64,000 nucleotides of DNA from Candidatus Kaiserbacteria bacterium (GCA_031430855.1 JANPCG010000013.1:26347-90346), one strand, 5' to 3'; shown: positions 10,054 through 20,272, counted from the first letter of the stretch. Made by a program: numbers and translations. Notes: a model not told the origin generated them from the sequence alone.

Positions 10054-10464
10054 GTGAGTATGAATATACAAACATTTTTGACGCTGTACGCAGTTTCAGT
10101 GCCGGTCTTTTTTGCGATTGATATGGTGTGGCTCGGTTTTGTCGCGAGTAATTTTTATAAATCTCGGTTGGGTCATTTAATGGGGGATATTCATTGGCCG
10201 GCAGCAATTATATTCTACTTAGTATTTTTAGTAGGGCTCACCTTTTTTGCGACGTATCCCGCCTTGTTTAAAAATTCACTGATGACAGCAGCTATCCTTG
10301 GCGGACTATTTGGCTTCTTTACCTACGCTACCTACGATTTGACTAATCTCGCCACCCTCCGTGACTGGCCACTGTCCGTTACTATTGTCGACATGGTTTG
10401 GGGGACTATTCTCGGGGCATCAGTTTCTGTGGTAACGGTGTTGGTCTATGGGTTCTTTAACTAA
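10054..10464 (+). CDS. Small integral membrane protein (DUF2177-like)
   Basis: 136 aa, 4 predicted TM helices. Confidence 0.45.
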   Translation: MSMNIQTFLTLYAVSVPVFFAIDMVWLGFVASNFYKSRLGHLMGDIHWPAAIIFYLVFLVGLTFFATYPALFKNSLMTAAILGGLFGFFTYATYDLTNLATLRDWPLSVTIVDMVWGTILGASVSVVTVLVYGFFN

Positions 10465-10957
10465 GGTAGGCTTAGCTCTCTCTATAGCTGGATTAATGTT
10501 TTTTGTATATATGCAATATAAGCAAAATGTGGTTGGTGTTGTGCCGGTTGAAAACACCTCGGATATTTCAGTGGGGGAGTTTACTAATCTTGTGTCATTT
10601 ACCATCGGCCGAATTTCAATGTTGGGTTCAATTGCTGATACTGATGCAGAGCGTACCCAAGGATTGTCTGACACTAAAGAAATTCCCATTGGTGTGGCCA
10701 AAGTGTTTATTTTTGATTCGTCAGAAAAATGGAGCTTCTGGATGAAAGATATGAATTACTCAATTGATATTTTCTGGCTCGATGAGAACGGGACTGTCGT
10801 GCACGTGGTTGAGTCCGTAACCCCGGACACCTATCCCGATACCTCATTTGCTCCATCGGTGCCAGCTCGTTACGTCATCGAAACCAAAGCTGGCTTTGCT
10901 AAAGAAAATAATATTGGTGTAGGTGCAGTAGTAAATGTGGCACCATTCAGTCGTTAA
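10448..10957 (+). CDS. DUF192 domain protein
   Basis: N-terminal TM segment. C-terminal region matches the DUF192/COG1430 pattern (KVFIFD...WMKDMNYSIDIFWLDENGTVV). Confidence 0.55.
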   Translation: MGSLTKVGLALSIAGLMFFVYMQYKQNVVGVVPVENTSDISVGEFTNLVSFTIGRISMLGSIADTDAERTQGLSDTKEIPIGVAKVFIFDSSEKWSFWMKDMNYSIDIFWLDENGTVVHVVESVTPDTYPDTSFAPSVPARYVIETKAGFAKENNIGVGAVVNVAPFSR

Positions 10958-10965
10958 AGTGAAAG

Positions 10966-10994
10966 CTTGTTAAATGTTATTAATATTGTATAAT
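10966..10994 (+). promoter_or_regulatory. Sigma70-like promoter for the RNase P RNA
   Basis: TTGTTA -35 and TATAAT -10 (10989-10994) with ~16-nt spacing, a few nt upstream of the ncRNA. Confidence 0.4.
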
Positions 10995-11002
10995 TGTAAC
11001 GC

Positions 11003-11385
11003 ATGGTAATCGCCCTGTTCAGTATTGAACGGGGAGGAAAGTCCGGACACACCCATGGTGCGCAAGTGCCAAGGAGACAGGTAGCGGGTAACGCCCGTCT
11101 GAGGTAGGGTCGTAAGATTTTGTCTCACGAGATGCGAGCAGAGACGTCCCGAGCGAAAGTGACGGAATTCCTTGGTTTACTAAGGAATAGCCCGATTGGT
11201 AACAATGGGGGTGAAACGGCTAAACTCTTACCCGTGTGCAAGGCCGCGCAGTCGAGGGCAAAAATCGTACATAGTATTGTTTTTGCCCTCGACTGAGAGC
11301 CGCATGAGGTGGTTGGTAACAATCATCCTAGGTATATGATTATCCGGTGGTGCAAGCCACTGACAGAATCCGGCTTATATGCACA
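11003..11385 (+). ncRNA. rnpB: RNase P RNA (bacterial type A)
   Basis: Conserved motifs GGAAAGTCCGGAC (P4 5' strand region) and ACAGAATCCGGCTTAT (P4 3' strand). GNRA-capped helices, no ORF, own promoter and terminator. Ends are approximate. Confidence 0.85.
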
Positions 11386-11416
11386 AAAACCACCAGTCTT
11401 TGGACTGGTGGTTTTT
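11386..11416 (+). terminator. Terminator of rnpB
   Basis: aaaaaccaccagtc-tttg-gactggtggttttt. Confidence 0.6.
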
Positions 11417-11457
11417 GATTGTGGTATTATGGTAAATACTATTCGTAAGTATTTAAT

Positions 11458-13950
11458 ATGGAACCAACTTCTTTCTTGCCTAAATTACCCGCCAAATCAG
11501 ATGCGATAAGTCGGTCACTCATGCGCGTTGCTCGGATAACTCTGGGTATCGGAATGGTGTTATCTCTCCTGCTTTTTATTCCTGGAGCGCCGGGATTGCT
11601 TGGCCCAAGTAAAGTCTATTTCCTCCTCGCTGCCATTTTGTTGGTGGTGGTATGTACGAGCCTCGCTATCTTACGGAGTGGTGCAGTTGCTGTTCGGTTT
11701 GTACCGGTATTAATGGGCTGGTGGGCACTGGTCCTTGCTGGTGTCATTTCAGCGTTGCTCTCGCCAACACTCCTACCGTCGCTTTTTGGTGATGCGCTCG
11801 AGATCCATACGGTTGGGTTTATTGCGCTCTTAGGGCTGGTTATGACGCTCGTACCGGTAGTTGGGATGAGTAAGCGGGCGATTGTTTATGTGTATGGAGG
11901 AATTCTAGGAGTGACTGCACTTTTAGTTGCATATCACTACATCAGATTGTTCACTGGTCCAGCATTCCTCTCATTTGGCCAATTTAACAATGCGGCGAGT
12001 ACCCTTATTGGAAGTTTTAACGATCTCGGATTATTAGTTGGTTCTATGATACTGCTCCTATTGGTGGCGGTGTTACAGTTACAATTAACTACTCGAGTAT
12101 TAGGTTGTATTGCTGTTGCGACGGCATTACTCCTCGGGCTGCTTACGATTGTTAATTTCTTTATCATTTGGTTAATACTCGGACTCTTTAGTTTGCTTGT
12201 TTTAATGTACAGCCTTACCAAAGACCGTTTTGGTGTTTCGGTTGGGGAGCGACCAGTGGGAGCGACAAAAACATCCATTGGGACAATTGGAATTATTGCG
12301 ATGGTTTTTGTAGTGTCGACAGTGTTTATGATTGGGGGAACCAATCTTGGGACTGCAGTATCAAATCTTACTGGTGTGAGTTATCTTGAGGTTCGACCTT
12401 CGGTTACCGCCACTATTAGTATTATGAGGGAAGTGTATAGTGAAAACCTTTTGACTGGATCGGGTCCAAATCGGTTTGTTGAAATGTGGCAGCTCCATAA
12501 AGATCCGGCCATTATGCAGACAATCTTTTGGGATACGCCATTTAATGCGGGAAGTGGGTATGTGCCAACCTGGTTTATCGCTACTGGCGCGCTTGGTTTA
12601 ATTGCGTGGGTATTTTTCCTCTTTCAGTTCTGTTACACCGGTATTACTATGTTGGTTCGCGGCCAATCAACGGATGAGTTTTGGTACTTTGTAGGGACGT
12701 CTTCGTTTGTACTCGGATTTTTCGTCTGGTTAATGTCAGTCGTGTATGTACCAGGACCAGCGATATTAATTTTTGGGGCGGTTTGTACCGGGATAATGCT
12801 GGTAGCACATCAAGCCTTACTTCCGAAGCGCATGGCGGTATTTAATATGTTGACGACTGCTCGGACGGGATTTATTCTCATTGCGATCGTGATGGTGGTG
12901 ATTATTAGTAGTGTTGCGGTAGGTTATGGAGCGATGCGACAAGGTACCGCAGCCTACACCTTTGTGACAGCAGCTACTGCCGTTACTCCCGGGAGCCAAA
13001 ACCCCGCCGGTGAGATTACTGGTCGAATTATCGAAGCCTTCCGCTTGCATCAGTCTGATACCTTTGCACGAGAAATTGCCCTTTATAACCAGCTCCAACT
13101 CAATGCACTCTTATCTCTTCCATCTGTAACTGCAGAACAGCAGCAGCAGGTAGAAGCTACTGTGGCAACCGGGCTTACTGCGGCTCGTGACGCAGTGGCA
13201 CTAAAGCCAACTGATGCCCGGAACGCTAAAATTCTAGGAGATCTATATGCCGTCTTGGCAGTTAATAACATTGAAGGGGCGCGTGAACGTGCAAACGAAG
13301 CTTTCTCGCTGGCCGAGAGTCGAGATCCGCAAAACCCCTATTATGTACTCCAAAAATCTATCATGGCGTACCGCGCAAATGACGTAGATTCAGCACGGAG
13401 TTTAGTCATGCAAGCAATTGCCTTAAAACCAAATTATACTGAGGCTATCTTTCTCCTGTCGCAAATTGATATTGCCGCTAATGATGTAAAAAAGGCGATT
13501 GATACAACGCTCGCCTTAGTCCAGCTCGAGCCACAAAATCCTGCTCGTTATTACCAACTCGGAGTTCTCTATTCGGCTGATAATAATCGAGAGGGAGCAT
13601 TGGCAGCATTTGGAGAAGCGATTGTCCGAGAGCCTGCCTATGCGAATGCGCTCTACTTGCGCGGTCTAGAGTATGTCCGGGCTGGAGAGACAGAGCGAGC
13701 GCTCGCTGATCTTGAAAAGGTGCGAGATCTCAATCCCGACAATGACTCAATTAAAGGGCTTGTAGATCAGGTTCGTCAAGGCACGGTGTCTACGACAAGT
13801 ACGCCTGTTGGAGAAACTATTCCTGAAGGAAATAGTGTATCTAGTGAAAATGAAGTCACAACAAGTGATACGGTACCTGATACCAATCTTTTGACTCCAG
13901 TGAACACGCCAACCGAATCAGCTATTCCGGGTTCAGAAACCACCGAATAG
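11458..13950 (+). CDS. O-antigen-ligase-like polytopic membrane protein fused to C-terminal TPR repeats
   Basis: About 12 TM helices over the N-terminal 450 aa. The C-terminal ~300 aa are TPR-like repeats (YYQLGVLYS..., ALYLRGLEY...). Confidence 0.6.
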   Translation: MEPTSFLPKLPAKSDAISRSLMRVARITLGIGMVLSLLLFIPGAPGLLGPSKVYFLLAAILLVVVCTSLAILRSGAVAVRFVPVLMGWWALVLAGVISALLSPTLLPSLFGDALEIHTVGFIALLGLVMTLVPVVGMSKRAIVYVYGGILGVTALLVAYHYIRLFTGPAFLSFGQFNNAASTLIGSFNDLGLLVGSMILLLLVAVLQLQLTTRVLGCIAVATALLLGLLTIVNFFIIWLILGLFSLLVLMYSLTKDRFGVSVGERPVGATKTSIGTIGIIAMVFVVSTVFMIGGTNLGTAVSNLTGVSYLEVRPSVTATISIMREVYSENLLTGSGPNRFVEMWQLHKDPAIMQTIFWDTPFNAGSGYVPTWFIATGALGLIAWVFFLFQFCYTGITMLVRGQSTDEFWYFVGTSSFVLGFFVWLMSVVYVPGPAILIFGAVCTGIMLVAHQALLPKRMAVFNMLTTARTGFILIAIVMVVIISSVAVGYGAMRQGTAAYTFVTAATAVTPGSQNPAGEITGRIIEAFRLHQSDTFAREIALYNQLQLNALLSLPSVTAEQQQQVEATVATGLTAARDAVALKPTDARNAKILGDLYAVLAVNNIEGARERANEAFSLAESRDPQNPYYVLQKSIMAYRANDVDSARSLVMQAIALKPNYTEAIFLLSQIDIAANDVKKAIDTTLALVQLEPQNPARYYQLGVLYSADNNREGALAAFGEAIVREPAYANALYLRGLEYVRAGETERALADLEKVRDLNPDNDSIKGLVDQVRQGTVSTTSTPVGETIPEGNSVSSENEVTTSDTVPDTNLLTPVNTPTESAIPGSETTE

Positions 13951-13965
13951 TTCTCTTTTGCGGGT

Positions 13966-15642
13966 ATGGTAACGCGCGTTATAAGTCTCTTTTATCGCGA
14001 AGTTCGCGGTCTTCATCAAGCGGCGTATATTCTTGCACTCTTTGCTCTGGCTTCACAAGTCCTGGCTATTGTTAGGGATCGCATTCTCGCTAATCAGTTT
14101 GGAGCAGGGAGTGAGCTCGATATTTATTATGCCGCTTTTCGACTGCCTGACTTACTGTTTGTACTCTTTGCTTCTGTCTTGTCAGTCTATGTCCTTCTGC
14201 CGTTTGTCACCAAAGCTCGAGAAGTAAATGAGGAGAAGGCCCAGGCCATACTCAGTCAAATGCTCACCCTCTTTTGTATTGGGTACACATTTGTGGCGAT
14301 TCTGAGCTTTGCCTTGGCTCCGATGATTGTCCGCGTTCTGTATCCCGATTTACCATTCGTCGATCAAGCATCAGTAGTGAGTTTAATGCGTGTATTATTG
14401 TTGCAGCCTTTATTGCTTGGTATGTCGAGTCTTTTTGGGGTGGTTACACAGCTGCAGCACCGTTTTGTCATCTACGCTATTTCACCCCTGTTGTATAACA
14501 TGGGAATTATTATTGGCGCAACGTTATTCTATTCGTTGTTTGGTCTGGTAGGAATTGTCTATGGAGTTGTCTTGGGAGCCTTGGGACATGTTTTGATTCA
14601 AGTTCCTTTGGTATACAAGAGTACGCTTCAGTTTGGGTTTACCCTTCGCATTGACTGGCGGCTTATCTGGCAAGTAGCACTAGTGGCGCTGCCGCGAGCA
14701 ATCACACTTTCCTTGAGTCAACTGCAACTCTTGCTGTTTGTGAGTTTGGCGAGCACGATGGTAGTTGGTTCCGTTTCGGTCTTACAATTTGCGTTTAATT
14801 TACAATCAGTTCCGCTGGCTATTATCGGTATGAGTTACTCGGTAGCGGCATTCCCAACTCTGGCTGAACTTTTAGCCCAAAAGAAGTTTCAAGAATTTAA
14901 CGCCTTTGTCCTGACCGCATTACGACATATTATTTTTTGGTCCCTCCCGGTGGTTGTGCTCGTCATTGTATTACGAGCTCAGATTGTCCGTGTGTTATTA
15001 GGGAGTGGGTCGTTCGATTGGGCTGACACGCGTCTGACTGCTGCGGTACTGGCACTTTTTGTGGTGTCTCTCACGGCACAGGCAATGGCACTGCTTATTG
15101 TCCGGGCCTTTTATGCCGGAGGGTATACCCGTTTACCTTTAGTGTTAACACTTGTTGGTACTACTATTGGTTCACTCGGTGCGTATAGTAGTTACGTTTG
15201 GTTTCAAAGTAGTCCTTTCATTGCAATGGAATTTGCTTCCTTGTTACGTCTTGAAGGTGTGACTGGTGCGGAAGTTTTAATGTTGCCGCTCGGCTATACC
15301 GTAGGGGTTATTGTGCAAGTGTTATTAATGATTTACTTTCTTGCGCGTACCTATTCGCTGTCGCTCACCGGTTTGTGGTCGCATTTCTTTGAATCATGTA
15401 TTGCTTCAGTGATCGGTGGTTTCGTGGCCTACGCTACTTTGATTTTTGTCGTAGAAGGAGTAAATCAGGACCGTTTTTTAGGCATTCTGATGCAAGGACT
15501 TTTGGCTGGGGTTCTTGGTGTTATTACAGTTGTTGCCGTCTATAGGATTCTTGGGTCACCAGAACTTCATGAAATTTATCAAGCGTTTAGGAGTCGAATC
15601 TTTAAGACAGAGGTGATTGCGCCTCAACCCGACGTCCTCTAG
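13966..15642 (+). CDS. murJ: Lipid II flippase MurJ (MviN family)
   Basis: 14-TM MOP-superfamily protein with N-terminal ILANQFGAGSELDIYYAAFRLPDL. Confidence 0.8.
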   Translation: MVTRVISLFYREVRGLHQAAYILALFALASQVLAIVRDRILANQFGAGSELDIYYAAFRLPDLLFVLFASVLSVYVLLPFVTKAREVNEEKAQAILSQMLTLFCIGYTFVAILSFALAPMIVRVLYPDLPFVDQASVVSLMRVLLLQPLLLGMSSLFGVVTQLQHRFVIYAISPLLYNMGIIIGATLFYSLFGLVGIVYGVVLGALGHVLIQVPLVYKSTLQFGFTLRIDWRLIWQVALVALPRAITLSLSQLQLLLFVSLASTMVVGSVSVLQFAFNLQSVPLAIIGMSYSVAAFPTLAELLAQKKFQEFNAFVLTALRHIIFWSLPVVVLVIVLRAQIVRVLLGSGSFDWADTRLTAAVLALFVVSLTAQAMALLIVRAFYAGGYTRLPLVLTLVGTTIGSLGAYSSYVWFQSSPFIAMEFASLLRLEGVTGAEVLMLPLGYTVGVIVQVLLMIYFLARTYSLSLTGLWSHFFESCIASVIGGFVAYATLIFVVEGVNQDRFLGILMQGLLAGVLGVITVVAVYRILGSPELHEIYQAFRSRIFKTEVIAPQPDVL

Positions 15643-15675
15643 GAATTCCCAAAAAATATTTCATCTGCTTTGTTG

Positions 15676-15737
15676 GGTGGCGAAAAATATTTCTCACTGT
15701 ACGTTCAAGTACACCTCATAATATTTTCCGCCACCCG
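15676..15737. terminator. Large inverted repeat downstream of murJ
   Basis: gggtggcgaaaaatattt ... aatattttccgccaccc with a 27-nt spacer, followed by CGCCACC repeats and a T-run. Confidence 0.35.
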
Positions 15738-15884
15738 CCACCCGCCACGCACCTAAAACATTTTTTGAAAATCCCCATAGCCTAAATCGCAGCTGCTGTC
15801 TCTTTGAACCAAATAGAATCAATTTAAAGGTGCTTTCTAAACGCTGGTACTTTGAGCTATTTTCGGGTACAGTAGGCTCATTCT

Positions 15885-17678
15885 ATGAGTATTCCAATCA
15901 GAAATTTTAGTATTATTGCGCACATTGACCACGGTAAGTCTACCTTGGCTGACCGTATGCTCGAAACCACACGAACCGTTGAGGCGCGTAAAATGCAGGC
16001 CCAGGTGCTTGATTCGATGGAACTCGAGCGGGAGCGTGGTATTACTATAAAAATGCAGCCGGTGCGGATGCACTATGTTCATGCAGGTGTGGACTATCAG
16101 TTAAACCTGATTGATACACCGGGACATATCGATTTTTCTTACGAAGTATCTCGCGCCCTAAAAGCGGTAGAAGGTGTGCTCTTGTTGGTTGACAGTACCC
16201 AAGGTATTCAGGCTCAGACACTCACGACGCTCCAGATGGCCAAAGAGCAGGGACTCACTATTATCCCGGTTCTTACCAAGACCGACATGGGTCACTCACG
16301 TCCCGAGGAGGTAGGAGAGTCAGTTATGAAGTTGTTGGGGTGTGCGCGTGAAGATATTCTGTTAGTGTCAGGAAAAACGGGCGCTGGGGTTCCTGAACTA
16401 TTGGAGGCAATCTGTGAACGGATTCCCGCACCACGTCCGAGTGAGCTTGATGCGTATCGGGGACTCATTTTTGACTTCACCTACTCGAATCATCGAGGAG
16501 TAATTGTCTTTATGCGGGTGTTTGATGGTGAAGTGCGTAAGGGAGACCAGGTGTGTTTTGTGGCGGGTGGAAAGAGTTTTACTGCGCTTGAGGTAGGAAT
16601 GGTAACTCCAAACGAAGTACCCTGTGAACGAATTAGTGCCGGTGAAATTGGATATATCGTAACGGGAATTAAAGAGCCAGGAGTAGCAACGGTGGGAGAT
16701 ACCTTAACGCTTGAGAAAAAGCCGGCGCCGCCACTTGCCGGCTATGCTCCCGCTCGTCCCGTTGTCTGGGCCTCCATCTTTCCTGACAGTCAGGACGACT
16801 TCACGATTCTGCGTCAAGCCCTCGATCGTCTAAAGCTCTCTGATTCATCACTCTCCTACGAAGAAGAGTCCTCAGGTGTGTTAGGTCGGGGATTCCGCTG
16901 TGGTTTTCTCGGAATGCTCCATCTCGAAATTGTAACCGAACGTTTGAAGCGCGAATTTAATATTGAAATTATTATTACTGCGCCGTCTATTGCGTACGAG
17001 GTAACCTATGACGATGGAACGGTAGAATCAATTTACGCCGCTTCGCGTTTTCCAGAACATGGAGTAAGCGCATCAATTCGTGAACCGTGGCTCTTGGGAC
17101 AAATTATTGCCCCGCCTGAGTACGTCGGTAATATCATGAACCTCTTGTTTGATCATGAGGGAAGTGTGCTTGAAACGGAGGTGTTAACTGACGGTCGTAA
17201 CTTGGTTACGATTGAGATGCCTCTCCGAGAACTAATGCGGAACTTTTTTGATAAGCTTAAAAATGCGAGTAGTGGGTACGCGTCACTCTCTTATGAAATT
17301 GCTGAGATGCGACCGGCTTCAGTCGTACGTCTTGATGTCTTGGTGGCGGAAGAGTTGATTACCGCGTTTTCTCGAGTAGTCGGTGAACGGCGAGCTGAAT
17401 TTGATGCTCGCGCGACAGTAGAAAAGTTGTATGAGATTTTACCGCGGCAGCAATTTGTCACCAAAATCCAAACCAAAGTGCGCGGCAAGATTATTGCCTC
17501 AAAGACGATTTCTGCCCTCAAAAAAGATGTAACCGGCTACCTCTACGGTGGAGACATTACGCGGAAGATGAAGCTCCGAGATAAACAAAAGAAGGGCAAG
17601 AAGAAGGCGTTGGAGTTGGGGAAGGGGAGGGTGAATATATCACAAGATGTATTTATGAAAATGCTGAAAAGTGACTAA
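15885..17678 (+). CDS. lepA: Elongation factor 4 (LepA)
   Basis: GTPase motifs AHIDHGKST and DTPGH, plus the LepA-specific C-terminal domain. Confidence 0.9.
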   Translation: MSIPIRNFSIIAHIDHGKSTLADRMLETTRTVEARKMQAQVLDSMELERERGITIKMQPVRMHYVHAGVDYQLNLIDTPGHIDFSYEVSRALKAVEGVLLLVDSTQGIQAQTLTTLQMAKEQGLTIIPVLTKTDMGHSRPEEVGESVMKLLGCAREDILLVSGKTGAGVPELLEAICERIPAPRPSELDAYRGLIFDFTYSNHRGVIVFMRVFDGEVRKGDQVCFVAGGKSFTALEVGMVTPNEVPCERISAGEIGYIVTGIKEPGVATVGDTLTLEKKPAPPLAGYAPARPVVWASIFPDSQDDFTILRQALDRLKLSDSSLSYEEESSGVLGRGFRCGFLGMLHLEIVTERLKREFNIEIIITAPSIAYEVTYDDGTVESIYAASRFPEHGVSASIREPWLLGQIIAPPEYVGNIMNLLFDHEGSVLETEVLTDGRNLVTIEMPLRELMRNFFDKLKNASSGYASLSYEIAEMRPASVVRLDVLVAEELITAFSRVVGERRAEFDARATVEKLYEILPRQQFVTKIQTKVRGKIIASKTISALKKDVTGYLYGGDITRKMKLRDKQKKGKKKALELGKGRVNISQDVFMKMLKSD

Positions 17679-17756
17679 ATGTCACTTTGAAGACCTTGCC
17701 TGCTACTTTTGAATTTATGAAAAAGTAGTGACAAGGTGTACTGACGACTGTAAGGC
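17671..17756 (+). repeat. Structured repeat element (GTGAC-N5-GTCAC dyad plus hairpin), copy 1, overlapping the lepA stop codon
   Basis: Shares a ~75-nt architecture with 20134-20210. The dyad and flanks are conserved, and the hairpin stem differs by compensatory changes. Confidence 0.5.
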
Positions 17757-17894
17757 GAAAAGCGACTGATTTCAGCCCATCTACTTTGTCGGCATTCAAA
17801 AAATGTCAGTCGCCGTATAGAAATACGTCTTCCTACATTTTTATCTGCCTTCTCGTAGCTGGACTAAAATCCCTCACTTTTAAACTCAAAGAGA

Positions 17895-17927
17895 AAAAGC
17901 AGTCACTGAGGGTGACTGCTTTTTCGC
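17895..17927 (+). terminator. Rho-independent terminator
   Basis: aaaagcagtcac-tgag-ggtgactgcttttt. Confidence 0.55.
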
Positions 17928-18068
17928 GTGGTTACGTTACGCCTGATTTATGCTCCTCCAACGCCTCCAGAATACGCAAAAACCATACTAATAATGATAA
18001 TAATGGCTAATACCCCCCAAATCCATTTAATGGTAGTTTTTGTTCGTTTGTGAAAAAGAAAACTCATA

Positions 18069-18467
18069 ATGCTACAATACTATCACATGCTTGAATTTTA
18101 CCAACAGAAGTCCCTGCGCAGCTATTTGCGGTCACCTCTGGCCCTCTTTGTGCTGGCTGTCATTTGTTTGTTTTTTGCCCGAATTGTGTACGAGCGGTAC
18201 ACCATTTCGCGTGATATGGCGACGAGAACTGATGATGCGCAGGCCGAATTAGAGTCACTGATGGAGCGTAAAGAACAACTTACCGAAAAGGTTGAGTACC
18301 TCAGCAATGACCGAGGGATTGAAGCAGAAATGCGTCGTAATTTTGATGTGGCGCGAGCGGGTGAGCAGGTGGTAATTATTCTTGATAAAGAAGTCGATGA
18401 GAACACTATCGAGCCCATGCAAGCAATGCCGACAGAAGAGCCTCCGTGGTACCAATTTTGGCGCTAA
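18069..18467 (+). CDS. Septum formation initiator FtsB/DivIC-like protein
   Basis: N-terminal TM segment followed by a coiled coil (AQAELESLMERKEQLTEKVEYL). Confidence 0.5.
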   Translation: MLQYYHMLEFYQQKSLRSYLRSPLALFVLAVICLFFARIVYERYTISRDMATRTDDAQAELESLMERKEQLTEKVEYLSNDRGIEAEMRRNFDVARAGEQVVIILDKEVDENTIEPMQAMPTEEPPWYQFWR

Positions 18468-18514
18468 AGGAAATATGCTATACTAGCAAAGCTTATACGT
18501 AATTATATTTTTGT

Positions 18515-18751
18515 ATGAATAAAACCGTAACCATCTACAGTACTCCCGTCTGCCATTTCTGCCACATGGCCAAAGAATTTTTTACTGAAAATAACATTGC
18601 ATACGTTGAACATGATGTGGCGTCAAATCAGGAAAAGCGCGCTGAGATGATTGATATGTCAGGTCAGATGGGAGTTCCAGTGATTGTGATTGGTGATGAC
18701 CTCATCATTGGATTTGATGAACCAAAGGTCAAAGAGATATTAGGGATGTAA
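18515..18751 (+). CDS. Glutaredoxin-like protein (NrdH/YruB type)
   Basis: 78 aa with CHFC active site and a thioredoxin-fold pattern. Confidence 0.7.
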   Translation: MNKTVTIYSTPVCHFCHMAKEFFTENNIAYVEHDVASNQEKRAEMIDMSGQMGVPVIVIGDDLIIGFDEPKVKEILGM

Positions 18752-18780
18752 GCTAAATTGTAACGTGTTAAAAAATCGGC

Positions 18781-18807
18781 CACGGGCCGATTTTTTAAAT
18801 CTTAAAA
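18781..18807. terminator. Bidirectional terminator
   Basis: aaaaaatcggcc-acgg-gccgatttttt. Confidence 0.55.
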
Positions 18808-19247
18808 TTTTTGCCCCAAGCATACCAGGGTAGAGTGAGTTTCGTGTTGGGTACTAGGTTGAGTAACCAAGCGGTGTAAGTATTACAATTCGGTCCGATA
18901 ACCATATTGTAGGTGTGTACATAGGGATAATTTATAGCTTCATTCTGAATCGCTATATGTAGTTTATGGGCAAGTGAATCGGTCTCCCCAGTGAGCTCCT
19001 CTAACACTCGACCAATTTGTCTCTTAGCTAGATTATTAGGATTGGCAATTGGAGACCAGGTTGTTCCGAGGTGGTCCGGGAAAATATTCCTATAAATATA
19101 TCCATTAATGGGCTCTATAGAAAGTCCCGGGTATCCCCAAAAATCGTAGCGTTCGAGTGTATTGCTGTCAGAAATTTCTACCCACGTATGAACGGTGAAG
19201 TTAAAAGGAAATGACATCGGAGTGGCATAGAGTTTGACGCTGTACAT
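18795..19247 (-). CDS. Hypothetical protein
   Basis: 150-aa ORF with no recognised motif. Confidence 0.4.
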   Translation of the reverse strand: MYSVKLYATPMSFPFNFTVHTWVEISDSNTLERYDFWGYPGLSIEPINGYIYRNIFPDHLGTTWSPIANPNNLAKRQIGRVLEELTGETDSLAHKLHIAIQNEAINYPYVHTYNMVIGPNCNTYTAWLLNLVPNTKLTLPWYAWGKNFKI

Positions 19248-19249
19248 TG

Positions 19250-19321
19250 TGCCCGCACCCGGAATCGAACCAGGATCCTCTCCTTAGGACGGAGTAGCTC
19301 TATCCATTGAGCTATGTGGGC
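19250..19321 (-). tRNA. tRNA-Arg (anticodon CCT)
   Basis: Cloverleaf with T-loop GGTTCGATTCC and anticodon loop gtCCTaa. One A.C mismatch at acceptor pair 5:68. Confidence 0.8.
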
Positions 19322-19389
19322 AATTAGGGCCTAGGATAGCATATTTGAGCCATTACAGCAGGTGAGGGGTCTGGTATACTATACCGAAT

Positions 19390-19689
19390 ATGGAACCTGA
19401 GACTCAAACTGATCATGACTGCATGCGTAGTCTCTTGGAGGCTAATAATGCGCTTTTGGTCGAAAATAATGCCCTTCTAAAAAAAATTGATCGGCGAGAT
19501 ATCCGAGCGATGTGGTTTAAATTTATCTGGATTGCCTTATTAATCGGGCTACCACTGCTGTTTATGTCGTACTTCATAAATACGTATATGGGCATGTTGG
19601 GGTTAGGAAGTAATAGTGCAGATTCCCCGAGTATTTTAGAGAGCTTAAGTGAGGCGCAGCGGACCCTCGATGAACTTCGAGGACAATAG
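19390..19689 (+). CDS. Hypothetical small membrane protein
   Basis: 99 aa with one TM segment and a coiled-coil N-terminus. Confidence 0.35.
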   Translation: MEPETQTDHDCMRSLLEANNALLVENNALLKKIDRRDIRAMWFKFIWIALLIGLPLLFMSYFINTYMGMLGLGSNSADSPSILESLSEAQRTLDELRGQ

Positions 19690-19788
19690 TAATCCCTCTT
19701 GGGGTAGGTTGAAAATAAGTCAAAACCAGGTACAATGCTGACTATCGCTCCTTAGGAAAAGGGCAATAAAATAGATGAAGATTCACCC

Positions 19789-19861
19789 GCTTGGGTAGCT
19801 CAGTTGGTAGAGCATTTCCCTGAAGAGGAAGGGGTCGGCGGTTCGAGCCCGCCCCCAAGCA
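19789..19861 (+). tRNA. tRNA-Phe (anticodon GAA)
   Basis: GCTTGGG acceptor, D-loop AGTTGGTA, anticodon loop ctGAAga, T-loop GGTTCGAGC, discriminator A. Confidence 0.9.
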
Positions 19862-20133
19862 CCGCGTACAGAAAGCCCCGCAAGGGGCTATTTCTGTACC
19901 CGGTGCTTGGGGAGTAAAGCGCCTGCGCGCTTTACGTGCGGGCTCGAAAGGCGCAGACATGTGTTGCTCGTAAGAGCAACAAGTCGAGCCGGGGTCGCGA
20001 ACACTTTGTAGATTATGAGCGTAGCGAAATAATGTACTTAGTGATTCGTGACCGGGCCCACCCCACAAGGGGCTATTTCTGTACCCGGTGCTTGAGGAGC
20101 AACTTACTAATATCAGTTGCGTGCGGGTGAGGA

Positions 20134-20210
20134 GTGACTTAATGTCACTCCGCAAGACCTTGCCAGCTCTTTTGGAAAAAGAGCTGGCAAGGTATACAGT
20201 TTCTGTAAGA
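20134..20210 (+). repeat. Structured repeat element (GTGAC-N5-GTCAC dyad plus hairpin), copy 2
   Basis: Paralogous to 17671-17756, with perfect hairpin ccttgccagctcttt-tggaa-aaagagctggcaagg. Confidence 0.5.
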
Positions 20211-20272
20211 TCGGCGCGTCGGGGTCGAGAGTACTTACTAGAATTAGAGCCGAAGGCGAACAAATATAGTTA

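Noticed and set aside
19940-19995. Group II intron domain V / GNRA hairpin
   Set aside because: The GTAA-capped hairpin lacks the conserved AGC triad and the 34-nt D5 geometry.
19742-20263. 173-aa minus-strand ORF and 64-aa plus-strand ORF in the tRNA-Phe downstream region
   Set aside because: The long ORF runs through tRNA-Phe and the hairpin-rich region. Both have implausible composition. The region is better explained as structured non-coding sequence.
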